Source of the DNA: Octopus sinensis
Lineage: Eukaryota
Direction: 5' to 3'
Length of the DNA stretch: 64,000 nucleotides
Assembly: GCF_006345805.1 (NCBI RefSeq)
Contig: NC_043024.1
Span: 15,252,001-15,316,000 of the forward strand
In this document: piece by piece, positions 13,318-27,101 of the stretch
Layout: each line of letters starts with the position of its first letter
Position numbering within the stretch: the stretch's first letter is position 1
Notes under the pieces: generated by a model
What the model was told of the DNA's origin: nothing
The model's database searches: none
Seen by the model: the letters and a program-made list of their open reading frames with translations, nothing else
Translations under genes and position numbers: made by a program

Positions 13318-13950
13318 TGATCATCATCACCGTTTAACATCTGTTTTCCATGCTGGCATGGGTTAGATGCTTTGACTGAGGTCTGGAGAGCCAGCGACTG
13401 CACCAGGCTCCTATCTGATATGGCAATGTTTCTACAGCTGGATGCCCTTCTTAATGCAAACCACTCCGAGGGTGTAGTGAGTGTTTTTTATGTGCCACCA
13501 GTACAGGAGCCAGTCAGGTGGGCCTAGCATTGATTACGTTTGGATAGTGCTTTTTATGAGTCATTGGCACGGGGGCCAGTCAGAGGGTACTGGCATTGGC
13601 CATGTTTGGATGGTGCTTTTTATGTGCCACTGGCACAAGAGCCAATCAGTGGGTACTGGCATCATCTACGTTTCAATGGTGCTTTTTATGTGCCACTGGC
13701 ACAGGAGCCAGTCGGGCAGGCCTGGTATCAACCACGTTCAGATGGTGCATTTTATGTGCCACTGGCATGGGAGCCAGTCAGGTAGTACTGGCCACAGCTA
13801 CAAAATTGGTTTTACTTGACTCAACAGGTCTTTTCAAGCATATCATATTGCCCCACACATCAGCGGTACTCTTAACTGGGATAGACATGCATGGCTGCAA
13901 TCTCACTTTAATTGCCAGGTCTTCTCAATCACAGCATATCTCTAAATGTC
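13318..13950 (-). mobile_element. 5'-truncated RTE 3' UTR with (GAT)n tail
   Basis: Matches the UTR of the 61-64 kb LINE. Similar pieces at 4610-5015, 16405-16625, 20595-21200, 21765-21990, 39715-40025, 40880-41106, 44270-44645, 52164-52548 and 58893-59360. Confidence 0.8.
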
Positions 13951-14489
13951 TTGGTCTCCTGGGCTTCTTTCAGTTTCCATCAACCAAGTCCACTCATAAG
14001 ACTGGACAACCCGAGGCTATAGCAGAAGACACTTGCCCAAGGTGCCATGCAGTGGGACTGAACCCAGAACCATGTAGTTGGGAAGCAAGCTTCTTACCAC
14101 ACAGCCACTCCTGCACCTATATATATATATGTATACACACACACACATGCATACAGATGTGTATGTACAGACACACATACACTCAAAAAGAAACTTTAAT
14201 TGAACAAACTGACCTGCTGAAGCACTAAGTTATGAGGATGTAAAGACACCAACACCGGTTCTCACGCAAGACACACAGACAGACACACACACACACGCAT
14301 ACATACACATATAGTAAGCATCTTCCAGTTTCTATTTGCCAATCCACTCACAAAGTCTTGATTGGCTTGAAGCTGGAGTAGAAAACACTTGCCAAAGGTT
14401 CCATGGAGTGGGACTGAACACAGAACCATGTGGTTGGAAAGCAAACGTCTTACGAAACAGCTATGCTTGTGCTTATATATATATATATA

Positions 14490-14963
14490 TTTATAAATAA
14501 GGATAATATCGATATTTAAATATCGATATTATCAAGTGGCTAGCATGGGAATAAATACCATACAAAGGTAATCATTTTTTTACAACTATAAATAAGGGTG
14601 TCTGAGAGACACCACCGTGCTGAAATAGCAGTCAAATCCCTGACTCTAGAAACCACCTTAAATGTTCATATCGCACCATGAGATAAGACAGAGAGACAAA
14701 ATAGACTAGCAAAAAAGATTTTACTGGATAATTCAAGATCCTGGATTTCTGGCTTTGCTTCAAATAAGCTCTGCCTTCGTCAGTTGAATATGCCAGATGG
14801 GTACATAAATACAAATATATATACAGAACATACGTTATACTTACATATATGAACGTCCATACATACATATATATGCACGTATGTACAAGGCTGTGGTTTC
14901 TAGAGTCAGGGATTTGACTGCTATTTCAGCATAGTGGTGTCTCTGAGACACCCTTATTTATAG

Positions 14964-14965
<2 letters not shown>
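14490..14965. mobile_element. Fold-back skeleton-family element with an HHR in the loop (14731-14789, minus)
   Basis: 32-bp perfect palindrome, AAGTGGCTAGCAT core, ~75-bp inverted arms 14584-/-14965. Minus strand reads AUUCAA-CUGACGA-AGGC..GCCA-GAAA-UCC-A-GGA-UC-UUGAAU. Confidence 0.65.
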
Positions 14966-15004
<39 letters not shown>

Positions 15005-15935
15005 CATACATTTATTTTATTTTATTCACTCTCAAACTCTCAAACAGATATAGCCTCTTTTGAAGTTGTCACCCTGTGGAATGTATGCAACACACACACA
15101 CACACACACACATACACATACACATTACAACACACATACATACATGCTTACACACATATAATTATATATATATATATATTATATATATATATATATGTAT
15201 ATACATACATTTATTTTATTTTATTCACTCTCAAACTCTCAAACAGATATAGCCTCTTTTGAAGTTGTCACCCTGTGGAATGTATGCAACACACACACAC
15301 ACACACACACATACACATACACATTACAACACACATACATACATGCTTACACACATATAATTATATATATATATATATATATATGTAGTCAAATATATGT
15401 GTGTATGTGTGTGTATGTATGTATAGTCATATAGAAATCTATATATATGTTTGTGTTTGTGTATGTAGGTCTGTGTATATATGTGTGTATATATATCGGT
15501 GTGAAGTTAATCAACTATCTCATTTTGCAATCCAATCAAATCGTTTGAAGTTCAGAATCGGTAATGTCGACCTTAGCTACTTTGTCTCTTGAAAAAAAAT
15601 GAAAGAAGGAAGCATAAAATACCAAAATACCATTCTAAAAGAACTGTAATCCTGGACTCCATTCACTAGTTTTAATTTAACACCTACTTCCCCACCTCTT
15701 CTATCACTTTAAATGTCTATAACAGCATCAATAACAACAACAACAACATAACTTCTTTGTTACCAACAAACACCTCCTGGGGTTACATCTGGGTCTATTC
15801 TAAAAACATCTATTTTTAAAATGTTCATATTGGAATGAATTTTTTTTTAATCATAATTTTAATTAAAACAAAATTCATTTTCAATCAGAAGTTTTTGGTG
15901 ATTTATATATATTCTTCCTTTTAATTGTTGAAGGT

Positions 15936-16312
15936 GGCGTAGATGTGGCTGTGTGGTAAGTAGCTTGCTTACGAACCACTTGGTTCCGGGTTCAGTCTCA
16001 CTGCGTGGCAAGTGTCTTCTACTATAGCCTGGGGCCAACCAAAGCCTTGTGAGTGAATTTGGTAGACAGAAACTGAAAGAAGCCCTTCGTGTATATATGT
16101 CTATACATATATATGAATGTGTGTGTATATGTTTGTGTATCTGTGTTTGTCCTCCCAACATCGCTTGACAACCGATGTAGGTGTGTTTATGTCCCCCGTA
16201 TAAGTACTAGAATAAGTATTAGGCTTACAAAGAATAAGTCCTGGGGTCAATTTGCTTGACTAAAGGTGGTGCTCCGGTATGGCCACAGTCACATGACTGA
16301 AACAAGTATAGG
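15936..16312 (+). mobile_element. SINE family A
   Basis: Consensus match. Confidence 0.8.
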
Positions 16313-16633
16313 AGTATATACTTTTTTCAATGCAAAATTTTTGTGCATTTTCCTTCTATATTTTTCTACAATTCACCATGTTGAATTTTTTCTCGAACCT
16401 TTTCACCATATATGATACTGGTGTCATGCAAATGGCACCCATGCTGATGGCATGTAAAAACACCCATTCTACTCTCAGAGGGATTGGTGTGAGGAAGGGC
16501 ACCAGTTGTAGAAATCATACCAAATCAGTCTGGATTCTGGTGCAGCCTTCCAGCTTGCAGCCCTGGTCAAACCATCCAACCATGTCAGCGTGGACAACAG
16601 ACATTAAATGATGATGATGATGATGATATATAC

Positions 16634-16685
<52 letters not shown>

Positions 16686-16699
16686 CACATATATATATG

Positions 16700-16942
16700 A
16701 TATTTAAATTTAAAATAAGGGTGAAAAATTGAATATTAATGTGATTAATATCAATTTAAAACCAGTGATCTAGCATATTGAAAAATCTAAAGTTTCAGAA
16801 AAAATTATATTACACACATATAAGAGGGATGATCTGTAAGTGAACAGCCATTATGCTAGAAAAAGATCCGCTATGGTCTTACCATAGCGGATCTTCTTCT
16901 AGCATAATGGATGTCCACTTAGAGGTCATCCCTCTTATATGT
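16700..16942. mobile_element. Short fold-back skeleton-family element (no HHR)
   Basis: ATAAGGG, AT hairpin, ACCAGTGATCTAGCAT core, then a ~120-bp palindrome; (TA)n on both flanks. Confidence 0.6.
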
Positions 16943-17394
16943 ATATATATATATATATATATGATAAGTTAAAAAACAAAAAATGCACAAACAAATGGAA
17001 AACAGACACAGAAGCTCACCAAATCCTCATCAGTTATTGGCCAGAAGATCAAACACAATTTTGCACCTTCAACAATAATATTCCTCCCCTCTGATGGCAC
17101 CAACAACAAGAAGCTGCCAGGAAATGGTGACTCAATGAACAAAGGACCAAACATGACAGAAAGGGAACATACAAACATGAAATAAATGTCATTCAAGAAG
17201 AGACAATATTTATTTATAATCCTCATCATCATTATCATTTAACATCCAATATCCATGGTGGCATGGGTCAGATGGTTTTTAATGAGATAGTAAGCCAGAG
17301 GACTAGTCAAGCTCAACTATCTGCTTTGGCTAGATAACCTTTCTGTGGTCAACCACTCTACAAAGTATACAAAACAATTAATCTGGAAAAATAT

Positions 17395-17762
17395 AACCAA
17401 CCACATGGTTCCGGGTTCAGTCCCACTGCGTGGCATCTTGGGCAAGTGTCTTCTGCTATAGCCCCGGGCCGACCAATGCCTTGTGAGTGGATTTGGTAGA
17501 CGGAAACTGAAAGAAACTTGTCGTATATGTGTATGTATATGTATATATGTGTGTGTGTGTGTGTTTGTCCCCCTAGCATTGCTTGACAACCGATGCTGGT
17601 GTGTTTACGTCCCCGTCACTTAGCGGTTCAGCAAAAAGAGACCGATAGAATAAGTACTGGACTTACAAAGAGTAAGTCCCGGGGTCGATTTGCTCGACTA
17701 AAGGCGGTGCTCCAGCATAGCCACAGTCAAATGACTGAAACAAGTAAAAGAGTAAAGAGTAA
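17395..17762 (+). mobile_element. SINE family A (5'-truncated)
   Basis: Consensus match. Confidence 0.8.
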
Positions 17763-18769
17763 ATGAAAAACAACAAAATGCGTTTTCTTTTACTTGATCT
17801 ATTTCTCAAACTGTGGCCATGCTGGAGCACCACCTTTAAGAATTTTTAATTGAATGAATCTATCCCAGTACTAATTCTTTTTTAAGTCTGTTACTTATTC
17901 TATCAGTCTCTTATTGCCAAACTGCTAAGTTATGGGGGAATGTAAACACACAAACACTAGTTGCTAAGTGTTGGTTTGGAACATATATACACACAACACA
18001 CACACACATACTCACACATATACACTCACACACACACTCACACACACACACACACACACTCACACACACACTCACACACAAACACTCACACACACTTAAC
18101 ACATATACGAGGGCTTCTTTCAGTTTCCTTATTTCTTTATTGCCCACAAGGGGCTAAACATAGAGGGGACAAACAAGGACAAATAAAGGGATTAAGTCAA
18201 TTACATTGACCCCAGTGTGTAACTGATAATTAATTTATTGACCCCGAATTGATGAAAGGCAAAGTTGACCTCGGCAGCATTAGAACTCAAAATGTAACTG
18301 CAGACGAAATACCGCTAAGCATTTCGCTCGGCCTGCTAATGTTTCTGCCAGCTCGGCGCCTTACAGATTCTTTCAGTTTCCATCTACTAAATCCACTCAA
18401 AAAGCTTCTGTTAACCTAAGGTTGTAGTAAAAGACACTTGTCCAAGGTGCCACACAGTGGAACTGAACCCAGAAACATGTGGTTGGGAAGCAAGCTTCTT
18501 ACCACACAGCCATATCTGCACCTAGAAAATAGAAAAAATGCAAGATGAAAATTAGATTTTGTTTTAGGTTGTATTTTTGTTGGTTCTTGGTGGAATTTTT
18601 TGTTCATTTTTATTTCTTATAAAAGTCAACTTGAAACATTTTCAGAACTGCTGGAATTCTCTGAATTTTGAGTGAATGTGTATTCTTGGAACAAATGAAG
18701 ATTGTCAGCAGCTTTTTGAAGACAATTTATTAAAATATAGTGGATTTTTCTGATTATAGTGTATGTATC

Positions 18770-18963
18770 TATGTATGTATGTATGTATGTATGTATGTAT
18801 GTATGTATGTATGTATGTATGTATGTATGTGTATGTGTGTATGTATGTATGTATGTATGTGTATGTGTGTGTATGTATGTATGTATGTATGTATGTATGT
18901 ATGTATGTATGAATGTATGTATGTATGTGTATGTGTGTGTATGTGTATGTGTGTGTATGTATG

Positions 18964-18997
<34 letters not shown>

Positions 18998-19113
18998 TGA
19001 ATGTATGTATGTATGTATGTATGAATGTATGTATGTATGTATGTATGTATGTATGTATGAATGTATGTATGTATGTGTATGTGTGTATGTATGTGTATGT
19101 GTGTGTATGTATG

Positions 19114-19147
<34 letters not shown>

Positions 19148-19325
19148 TGTATGTGTATGTAAGTATGTATGTGTATATGTGTGTGTATAGAAGTATGTAT
19201 GTATGCATGTATGTATGTATGTACGTATGTATTTAAGTATGTATGTATGCATGTATGTATGTGTATATGTATATGTATACATACATACATACATATGTAC
19301 ATATGTACATGTATGTATGTATATA
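18770..19325. repeat. (TATG)n microsatellite
   Basis: Seen directly. Confidence 0.95.
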
Positions 19326-20007
19326 TATATATTTTTTACATATCACTAAACCCAGACAAGGTCATGTATGGCTGCTAGAGAAAATATAAACAACAAACAA
19401 AAGACAGATGTCCAATAAGTTATAAGTTATCACAATAGTTTAGATATTCCAGTAATAAGTTACATTTATAATATTCTCAGTTGGAGGTTTCAAGAATTAA
19501 CAAGAACAGATTGAAAAATATGGAAAATAATGGCTGCATTAAGAATATCCACCAAGTAAATGCTGACGTTTTCATCTTGGAGGCAACCGAGGCTGGAGGT
19601 TAATCTGTGATTGGAAATCTATTTTAAAACAGTTATTATCTGGTGTGGCTGTGTGGTTAAGACGTTTGCTTCCCAATCACATGGATTCAGGTTCAGTTTC
19701 ACGGTGTGGCACATTTTCTGCGATAGCCTTATACTGACCAATACCTTATCAGTGGATTTGGTTAATGGAAACTGAAAGAAGCCCATCATATATTATCGTC
19801 ATCATTATGACCATCATTTAACATCTGCTTTCCATTCTGCCATGGGTCAGACGGCTTGACTGAAACTGGTAAGCCGGAGAACTGCCCCACTTCCACATCC
19901 ACACAAAGAGACACAAACACATCACTACATGTACACACACAACATTACACGCAAAACACCATTAAGCATTTCATCCAGCGTGTTAACAACTCTGCCAGCT
20001 CACTACC

Positions 20008-20071
<64 letters not shown>

Positions 20072-20073
<2 letters not shown>

Positions 20074-20515
20074 TTCTGCTCAATACCACAGATTTGCTTG
20101 TCAGTTGTTTGACCTTAACCAGTTGAGCATGTCCCTTAGTGGCTGACGATATGTGCATCTCTGATCACGAGCAGAAGTAGTGGGGGAGCATCATAGCCAT
20201 GTGTGAGAGGGATTCTTTGGGGTTTGAATAGTTCACCTCTGGAAATATGGGTGGTTCTTTCAACATCCTTAAACAACCCTTATTCAGGGACCGTTTGAGC
20301 GGGATGGGCTACTCAACCTGAAGAAAATTCTAACTGGGCCCCACCTGCAAGGTCATGTGCTGTTTATCTTGATATGAGATCACCATGTCGCGCACATATG
20401 GTTGTGATGCATGTGCCTGGTGTACCTTTATCAGACGGGTAGTCATGATGGGTATATTGGGCTTCGTATATTTTACCCCAGTGTCACTTTGATGGCATGA
20501 ACTGCTCTCTCACTC

Positions 20516-20530
<15 letters not shown>
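20072..20530 (+). repeat. Unclassified ~450-bp interspersed repeat with (AAT)n on both sides
   Basis: Near-identical copies at 1-345 and 1030-1485; each ends CTCTCTCACTCAA-(TAA)n. Confidence 0.75.
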
Positions 20531-20555
<25 letters not shown>

Positions 20556-21517
20556 GTAATAAGCTTAAATCAATTCTTCTGTAATAATAATAATAATAAT
20601 CATCGTTTAACATCTTTTTTTCCATGCTGGCATGGGTTGGACGGTTTGACTGAAAACTGGTATGCTTGGGGGCTGCACCAGGCTCCAGTCTGATTTGGCA
20701 AGGTTTCTATGGCTGGATGCCCTTCCTAACGCCAACCACTCCAAAAGTGTAGTGGGTGCTTTTTATGTGCCACTGGCATTGGTGCCACTGATCCGCCACT
20801 GGCATTGGTCATAATTATGGTTTCACTTGACTTGACAGGTCAACACATGCACAGTATATTGCCAAGGGTCTTGATCACTGTTACTGCCTCCACGAGGCCC
20901 TAGGCATGAATGGTGCTTTTTACATGCCACCAGCACAGATGCCAGTCAGACGGCACTGGCATTGGCCATAACTATGATTTCACTCGGTTCTACAGGTCTT
21001 CACATGCACAGTATATTGCCCAACAATTGAAGGGTGCTTTTAACGGGCCAGTTACACAACACTGGCATCCACCACGACTGCAATCTCACTTAGCTTGACG
21101 TCAGTGCCTCCCTGAGACCCAACGTATGAACGGTGCTTTTCATGTACCACAGGCACATGTGCCAGTCAGAAGGCACTGGCATTGGTCACAAGTACAATGA
21201 AGTAATATATATTATTTGCATAAATACACCTCTAGATATTTCTGTACATACACTGTTCTAGAATTAAGAATTTCAAGGCACATAAAGAACTTAGGATTAG
21301 AATGTAAATTTTGGCTAAAAAATCCCTTTGGATAGAAAAAGTTCAAGTCTGCCCTTCCACTTCTTTCATAAAGGGTCTTGAACCCTATACTTACACATTT
21401 TTGTTTATAGCTCAGTCTGTTTCGAAATTCATGTCTTCAAAAATAAAAAAAAATAAAAACAGAATTATTTCATCTTCTCTTGAAACTTATAAAAATATCT
21501 TGGCATCAAAAATATAA

Positions 21518-21600
<83 letters not shown>

Positions 21601-21989
21601 CCATCATCATCATCACCACCACCACCATCACCACAACCATCATCATCATCACCACCACTACCAGCATCATTATTACCATCATCATCATTACCACCAACAC
21701 CATCATCATTATCACCATCATCACATCATCACCACCACCAACACCATCACCATCATCATCATCATCACTTAGCATCTGTTTGTCATGATGGCATGAATAA
21801 GATGGTCTGATTGGAGTTAGTAAGCTAGAGAGCTGCACCAGTCTCCAGTCTGTTTTAGCTTGCTCTCTATGGCTGGATGCCCTTCCTATTGCCAACCACT
21901 CCACCGAGTGTACTGGGTGTCATAACACATATCACCAGCCAGGGTGCCTTTTACATGGCACGAGTGTCTTTCATGTGTCACTGGCACAG

Positions 21990-22370
21990 GTGCCTTTCAC
22001 ATGTCACCAGCACAGGTGCCTTTCACATATCACAAGCACAGGTGCCTTTTACATGTCACCAGCACAGGTGCCTTTCACATATCACAAGCACAGGTGCCTT
22101 TTACATGTCACCAGCACAGGTGCCTCTCTCATGTCACCAGCACAGGTGCCTTTCACATGTCACCAGCACAGGTGCCTTTCACATATCACAAGCACAGGTG
22201 TCTTTTACATGTCACCAGCACAGGTGCCTCTCTCATGTCACCAGCACAGGTGCCTTTCATATGTCATCAGCACAGATGCCACTCACATGTCACCAACACA
22301 GGTGCCTTTCATATGTCACCAGCACAAGTGCCACTCATGTGTCACAAGCACAAGTGCCTTTCACATGTCG
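21990..22370. repeat. 26-bp minisatellite (CACAGGTGCCTTTCACATGTCACCAG)
   Basis: About 14 units with recurring variants. Confidence 0.9.
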
Positions 22371-22747
22371 CTAGCATTTAATTATATATATACATATATA
22401 ATTAAATAAATATGTTGAACAAGTAGAAAGATATATTTTTCAACTTGTAAATACTGAGAGAACAGCATATGTAGGATAAAATCCTTACAGTCCAGAAAAA
22501 TTTGTCAGCAGCCAGCCATGAGGATTGAACTCACACCCCTCTAATTTCCAGTCAGAGTGCTCTACCTTTAAAAGCTAAACTTCTGACTGCCATATGTACA
22601 TGTATGAAAACCTTCTTTCTGTCCATCTACCAGTTCCACTCAGAAAGCTTTTTGCCATTAGAGGCTATAGTAAAAGACCAACTCATGCCAGCATTAAATG
22701 ATGATGCTGATGATGATGAAGGAACTCCACTAAAGCTTTGTTCAGCC

Positions 22748-23020
22748 CAGTGGTTCCCAAAGTGGGCGGTATTGCCTCTCTGGGGGGCGGTGGAAAGTTC
22801 CAAGGGGGCGTTGAAGAAAAGTGGGGCAATAAAGGGGTTGCGATACATGTAAAAACAAAAAAATAATGAGTTCATTAGGTTAAGTTTTATTTGTGAAATG
22901 CAGTTGCTCTGAATTTGCTTCAGAAAGGGCTCCATGTTTGTGATGGTTAGGGATGGAGGCGCTTGGAATGTGGCCTGGGTGTCAAGGGGGTAGCAGCCCG
23001 TAAAAGTTTGGGGGCCACAG
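22748..23020. mobile_element. hAT (Charlie-like) MITE
   Basis: CAGTGGTTCCCAAA...TTTGGGGGCCACAG termini; 8-bp flanks GTTCAGCC/GTTTAGGC (6/8 match). Confidence 0.6.
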
Positions 23021-23289
23021 GTTTAGGCTGAGGCTGTAATAGAAAACATTTTCCAAGTTGAACCGAGATACACATGATTGTAAAGCAAGGTTTTTTTAAC
23101 CCCACAACCATGTCTACACCCTTTAGACGAATGACCATGACACCTTTCGTTATAGCCTTGTACAAAAATATTTCTCTAATGCCAATATTATGATGCCATA
23201 AAATATATCTAAATGGTTGTAGAGTCTTGGAACAGAAATATCAAAACTGAAATCTCTGGTAATCAAACTGAAACATTTAAATGATTTTA

Positions 23290-23780
23290 ATTAATTTTCT
23301 CATCAATTTTACTTTCATTGAACTTGGTGTGTGCCTAGTTAATATCACATAAACAGGGTTATTAGCACCAATATTCAATATATGAGGATCATTACAGCAA
23401 TGATCAATATATTCTGAGAAGTCTTTACATCATAAGCCCTTTGACCTCAACTTCATTTTGTACAAAAATAGAGAGAGTTGAAAATGCTGGCTGTGTTTTT
23501 ACAGGTAACTGATATTCCATTGTCACTGACAAAGAGACTCAATGGTTCAATGGATCTAAATAAGATGAATAAGAGAAAGTTGTATAACATAGTAAACAAG
23601 GAAGTTTACATGCAGTCATGTGACTTGTTGGAATGCAAAGATGTTACAGTGATTAAAACTTGTTTTTAAAAATCAAAGTTTGTGTTTGAGAAAATGTAGG
23701 AAGAGCCAGGCCAGATTGAGTTTGACTGCAGTTACAGGAATAAAGAATATTTACAAAGATGAAAACTCCTATATTTGGCT
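23290..23780. repeat. Block paralogous to 41396-41930, downstream of each actin-like gene
   Basis: Colinear similarity from TTAATTTTCTCATCAATT through GAATATTTACAAAGA. Confidence 0.8.
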
Positions 23781-23942
23781 AAGGGACACCTGTTTTACCA
23801 CTTATGAATGATGACAAGAGACAGGGGAAAATTAACAACTGCATCCCTCCCATGGTACCCAGCTTACAAGTGGTTTTGTTTGACACTCAGATTAGCAAGG
23901 TGGTGGTTTAACTCTGCTCTCATATTTTCTGTCATAGTTTAA

Positions 23943-24664
23943 CCCTTTTGATACCAACCCGGCTGAAACCGCCTCCGGCTCTGTAGTACAAATGTCTTGT
24001 TTTCATAAGTTTTGAATTAAAATTTTCCACCAAACCTTAGTTACAATTTATGTTCCTAACACTAGCTGAATGATAACTAAGTAATTTTACTAAATTCTTT
24101 GTTATATTTAAAATTAATTGAAAGAAACACAGAGCGTCTCAACAGAAATATGGTAACAAAAGGGTTAAAATATATAATAGAGAAACAATTCTTAACCATT
24201 TTGATACCAACCCGGCTGAAACTGGCTCTGGTTCTGAAGTACAAATGTCTTGTTTTCATAAGTTTTGAATTAAAATTTCCACCAAACCTTAGTCACAATT
24301 TATGTTCCTAACACTAGCTGAATGATAACTAAGTAATTTTACTAAATTCTTTGTTATATTTAAAATTAATTGAAAGAAACACAGAGCGTCTCAACAGAAA
24401 TATGGTAACAAAAGGGTTAAAATATATAATAGAGAAACAATTCTTAACCATTTTGATACCAACCCGGCTGAAACTGGCTCTGGTTCTGAAGTACAAATGT
24501 CTTGTTTACATAAGTTTTGAATTAAAATTTTCCACCAAACCTTAGTCACAATGTTCCTAACATTAGCTGAATGATAACTAAGCTATTTTACTAAATTCTT
24601 TGTTATATTTAAAGTAATTAAAAGAAACACAGAGCATCTCAACAGAAATATGGTAACGAAAGGG
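23943..24664. mobile_element. Three tandem piggyBac-like MITEs (23943-24164, 24196-24416, 24448-24664)
   Basis: TTAA-CC(C/A)TT...AAGGG-TTAA ends; 252-bp period. Confidence 0.75.
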
Positions 24665-25129
24665 TTAATTGTTGTGAGATTTAATACATTTTGCTCTTCC
24701 GCAGTCCCTCCCTCTGAGCTTTGCCTTCCCTCCAGAATTATGCTTGCCAGCACAGGTTTTACCATAGTTTGGGAATACCAACTTGATATTAAAGACTGTA
24801 ATTCCAACAAAGCATTAAATAGACTCAACTTCAGCCATTTTCACTCCAACAATTTCTCGTCTTCAGAAATCAGTCACGTCACATATTTTAACTTCAACAT
24901 TCAAATTATTCTGTCAAATGTAATCCTTATTAATTCACCACATTTTGAATTAATCATGCATTATCTTGAAGCTTCAAGATTATGGTGATGTGATTGTATA
25001 TTTTTAGAATGACATTGTATGGTAGGTGTGAGAGGCCAGATATGGCCACAAAGCAATTTTAATATTTGGGCCAGATACAGCTGGTTTAAATACTAAGGAT
25101 GTGTGTCCATGTGTTTGTAGTATATATCT

Positions 25130-26900
25130 GTGGTAATGGTGGTGTCCTTTTTAATTATCATTATATCTAGGAGTGGTAATTTGGGACTACTCATCTCCTT
25201 TGTGAATTGGAGAGACGGGTGTAGGTTGTTCAGGGGGATATTGAACTCTTCCAGAGTATTTAGAGATTCAGTTCAGATTATGAAGCAATCACCAAGGTGT
25301 CTCTTCCATGCCTTTTCAATATACTTTCTAAATTCAGTGCTATAGTTTTTTTCTACTTCTTGGTAGAGTTGTTGTTCTAAAAATGCCATTACAGAGTTTG
25401 CGTAAATGAGAACAAACCTTGTTCCCATCGCTGTGCCTTAAATTTGGTTGTAATTCTTTCCATTGAAGAAGAATGAGTTGTTTTCCAGAATAAGTCTGAC
25501 TGTGTCTAATATAAATGAATCTGTTGGGGACCACTTCTGTTTTTCTACCCAGTATTTAATCGCCTTTATTCCTAAATCATGTGGAATATTGGTGTAAAGG
25601 CTTACCACATCAAAACTAAGTAGAAGTGATCTCGTTTTAGTTGGTTTGAGAAGATGGGACAGGAAGTCAATGTCATCCCAGATGAAACTGGGTATATAGG
25701 TGCATAGTGGTTTAAAACAATGTCAGTAAAATTGCTTAGACGGTGGGTAGGGCATGTTGGACCAGCTTTAATAGGTCTAAGTTTTAAGTGTTTTGGATAT
25801 AGTAATTTTATTTACTCAATTTCTGGCTGAATATCTTTTGAATATCTTTTGATTTATGTATTTTCAGTAAGCCATAGAAGTTCCTGGGTTTTGGCTCGAA
25901 ATTAGCGATGTAGTCTCTTTCATTATCGGTAAGTGAGTTGTGGTGTTTTGAAACTAGGTTGTTGATCTTCTTCATGATGTGGTGGTTTATATTTGAAGGT
26001 ATTTCATAATAGAAGGTTGTGTCCTTCAGTTGGTCCTCAACCAAATCCTTTTAGTAATCTGCATCCATAATAACAATTGCACCCCCTTTATCTGCTTGCT
26101 TAATTATTATTGCTTAATTATTATTGCTTGATCATTTTGTATCCATTTAAGTGCAGACATTTCAGATTTGTTAATGTTTGACCTAACATTAGTATTGCGT
26201 CTAAGGGGAAATTTTGACATGATGTCAATGTATTGGTCAAGATAGTTATTTCTTCCTTTTGGTGCGGTGAAATTTGATTTATTCTTTACTAGGGATTCAT
26301 CACTCTCATTACTTTTATTAGTGAAAAATTCTACAAGTCGTAACTTACGACAGAATTTTTGGATATCCTCCTTTAATTCTTGGTGGTTGGCTGTTGGTGT
26401 AGGTGTGAATTTCTGTCCTTTTGACAGAAGTTGGATTTCATCATCGTCAAGATCACTTTTGGATAAAATAATTATTTTTGGATCTATACATTCAGTTGTT
26501 TTGAGTATGTTTCCTCTTGGATTTTTTTTCTTTCTCCGGTATTTGTTGTCCTGACAGTAAAAAGTAGAATTTTCTCTGTTTATGACTTATGTTCCTGTTG
26601 ATGTCTGCTTGGTGGACTTTGTGCTTTGGTTGTGGTATTTTAATTGGTTTTGTTATGTTTTCTGTCCTATTTTTAGTATTATGTATATTATTTTTCAATT
26701 TTTTGTTAGTATTGTTTTTAACAACCCGGGGTAATGATCTAGGTTTACTTCAAGATCTAGATCGGTTTTTGCCCAGTTTCTTATAGGTAATCTCTGTTGA
26801 GGTTTTGAAAAATGATCTCCTGTTATTTCTACTCCTAATGGTCTGATCAAAGGAATATCTATCATGTTTGTGCTTTTTGTTCATATTGTGTGCATTAAGT
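25130..26900 (-). pseudogene. Degenerate Penelope-like reverse transcriptase fragment
   Basis: LSKGQKFTPTP, IIIKQADKGGAIVIMD, FYGLLKIHK and SFDVVSLYTNIPH motifs, with stops and frameshifts. Confidence 0.8.
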
Positions 26901-27101
26901 TATTTTCATCAAAAAGGGAAGAGACCAGCAAGGTCCTGAAGGGTAGCAGCATCACAAATGACAGAGAAATATTTTGATGAATTTTTATTTAACAATAAAA
27001 AAAATACTAAAATCATGACAAATTGTTTTGTAATTCAAAAACATGCAAAAAATTTATATCATCATATTTAATAAATGATAACTTACTTACATGTCTGCCT
27101 T

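Noticed and set aside
20135-20200. CTGACGA in the (AAT)n-tailed repeat (also ~1103)
   Set aside because: Followed by GAAG rather than GAAA, with no convincing stems.
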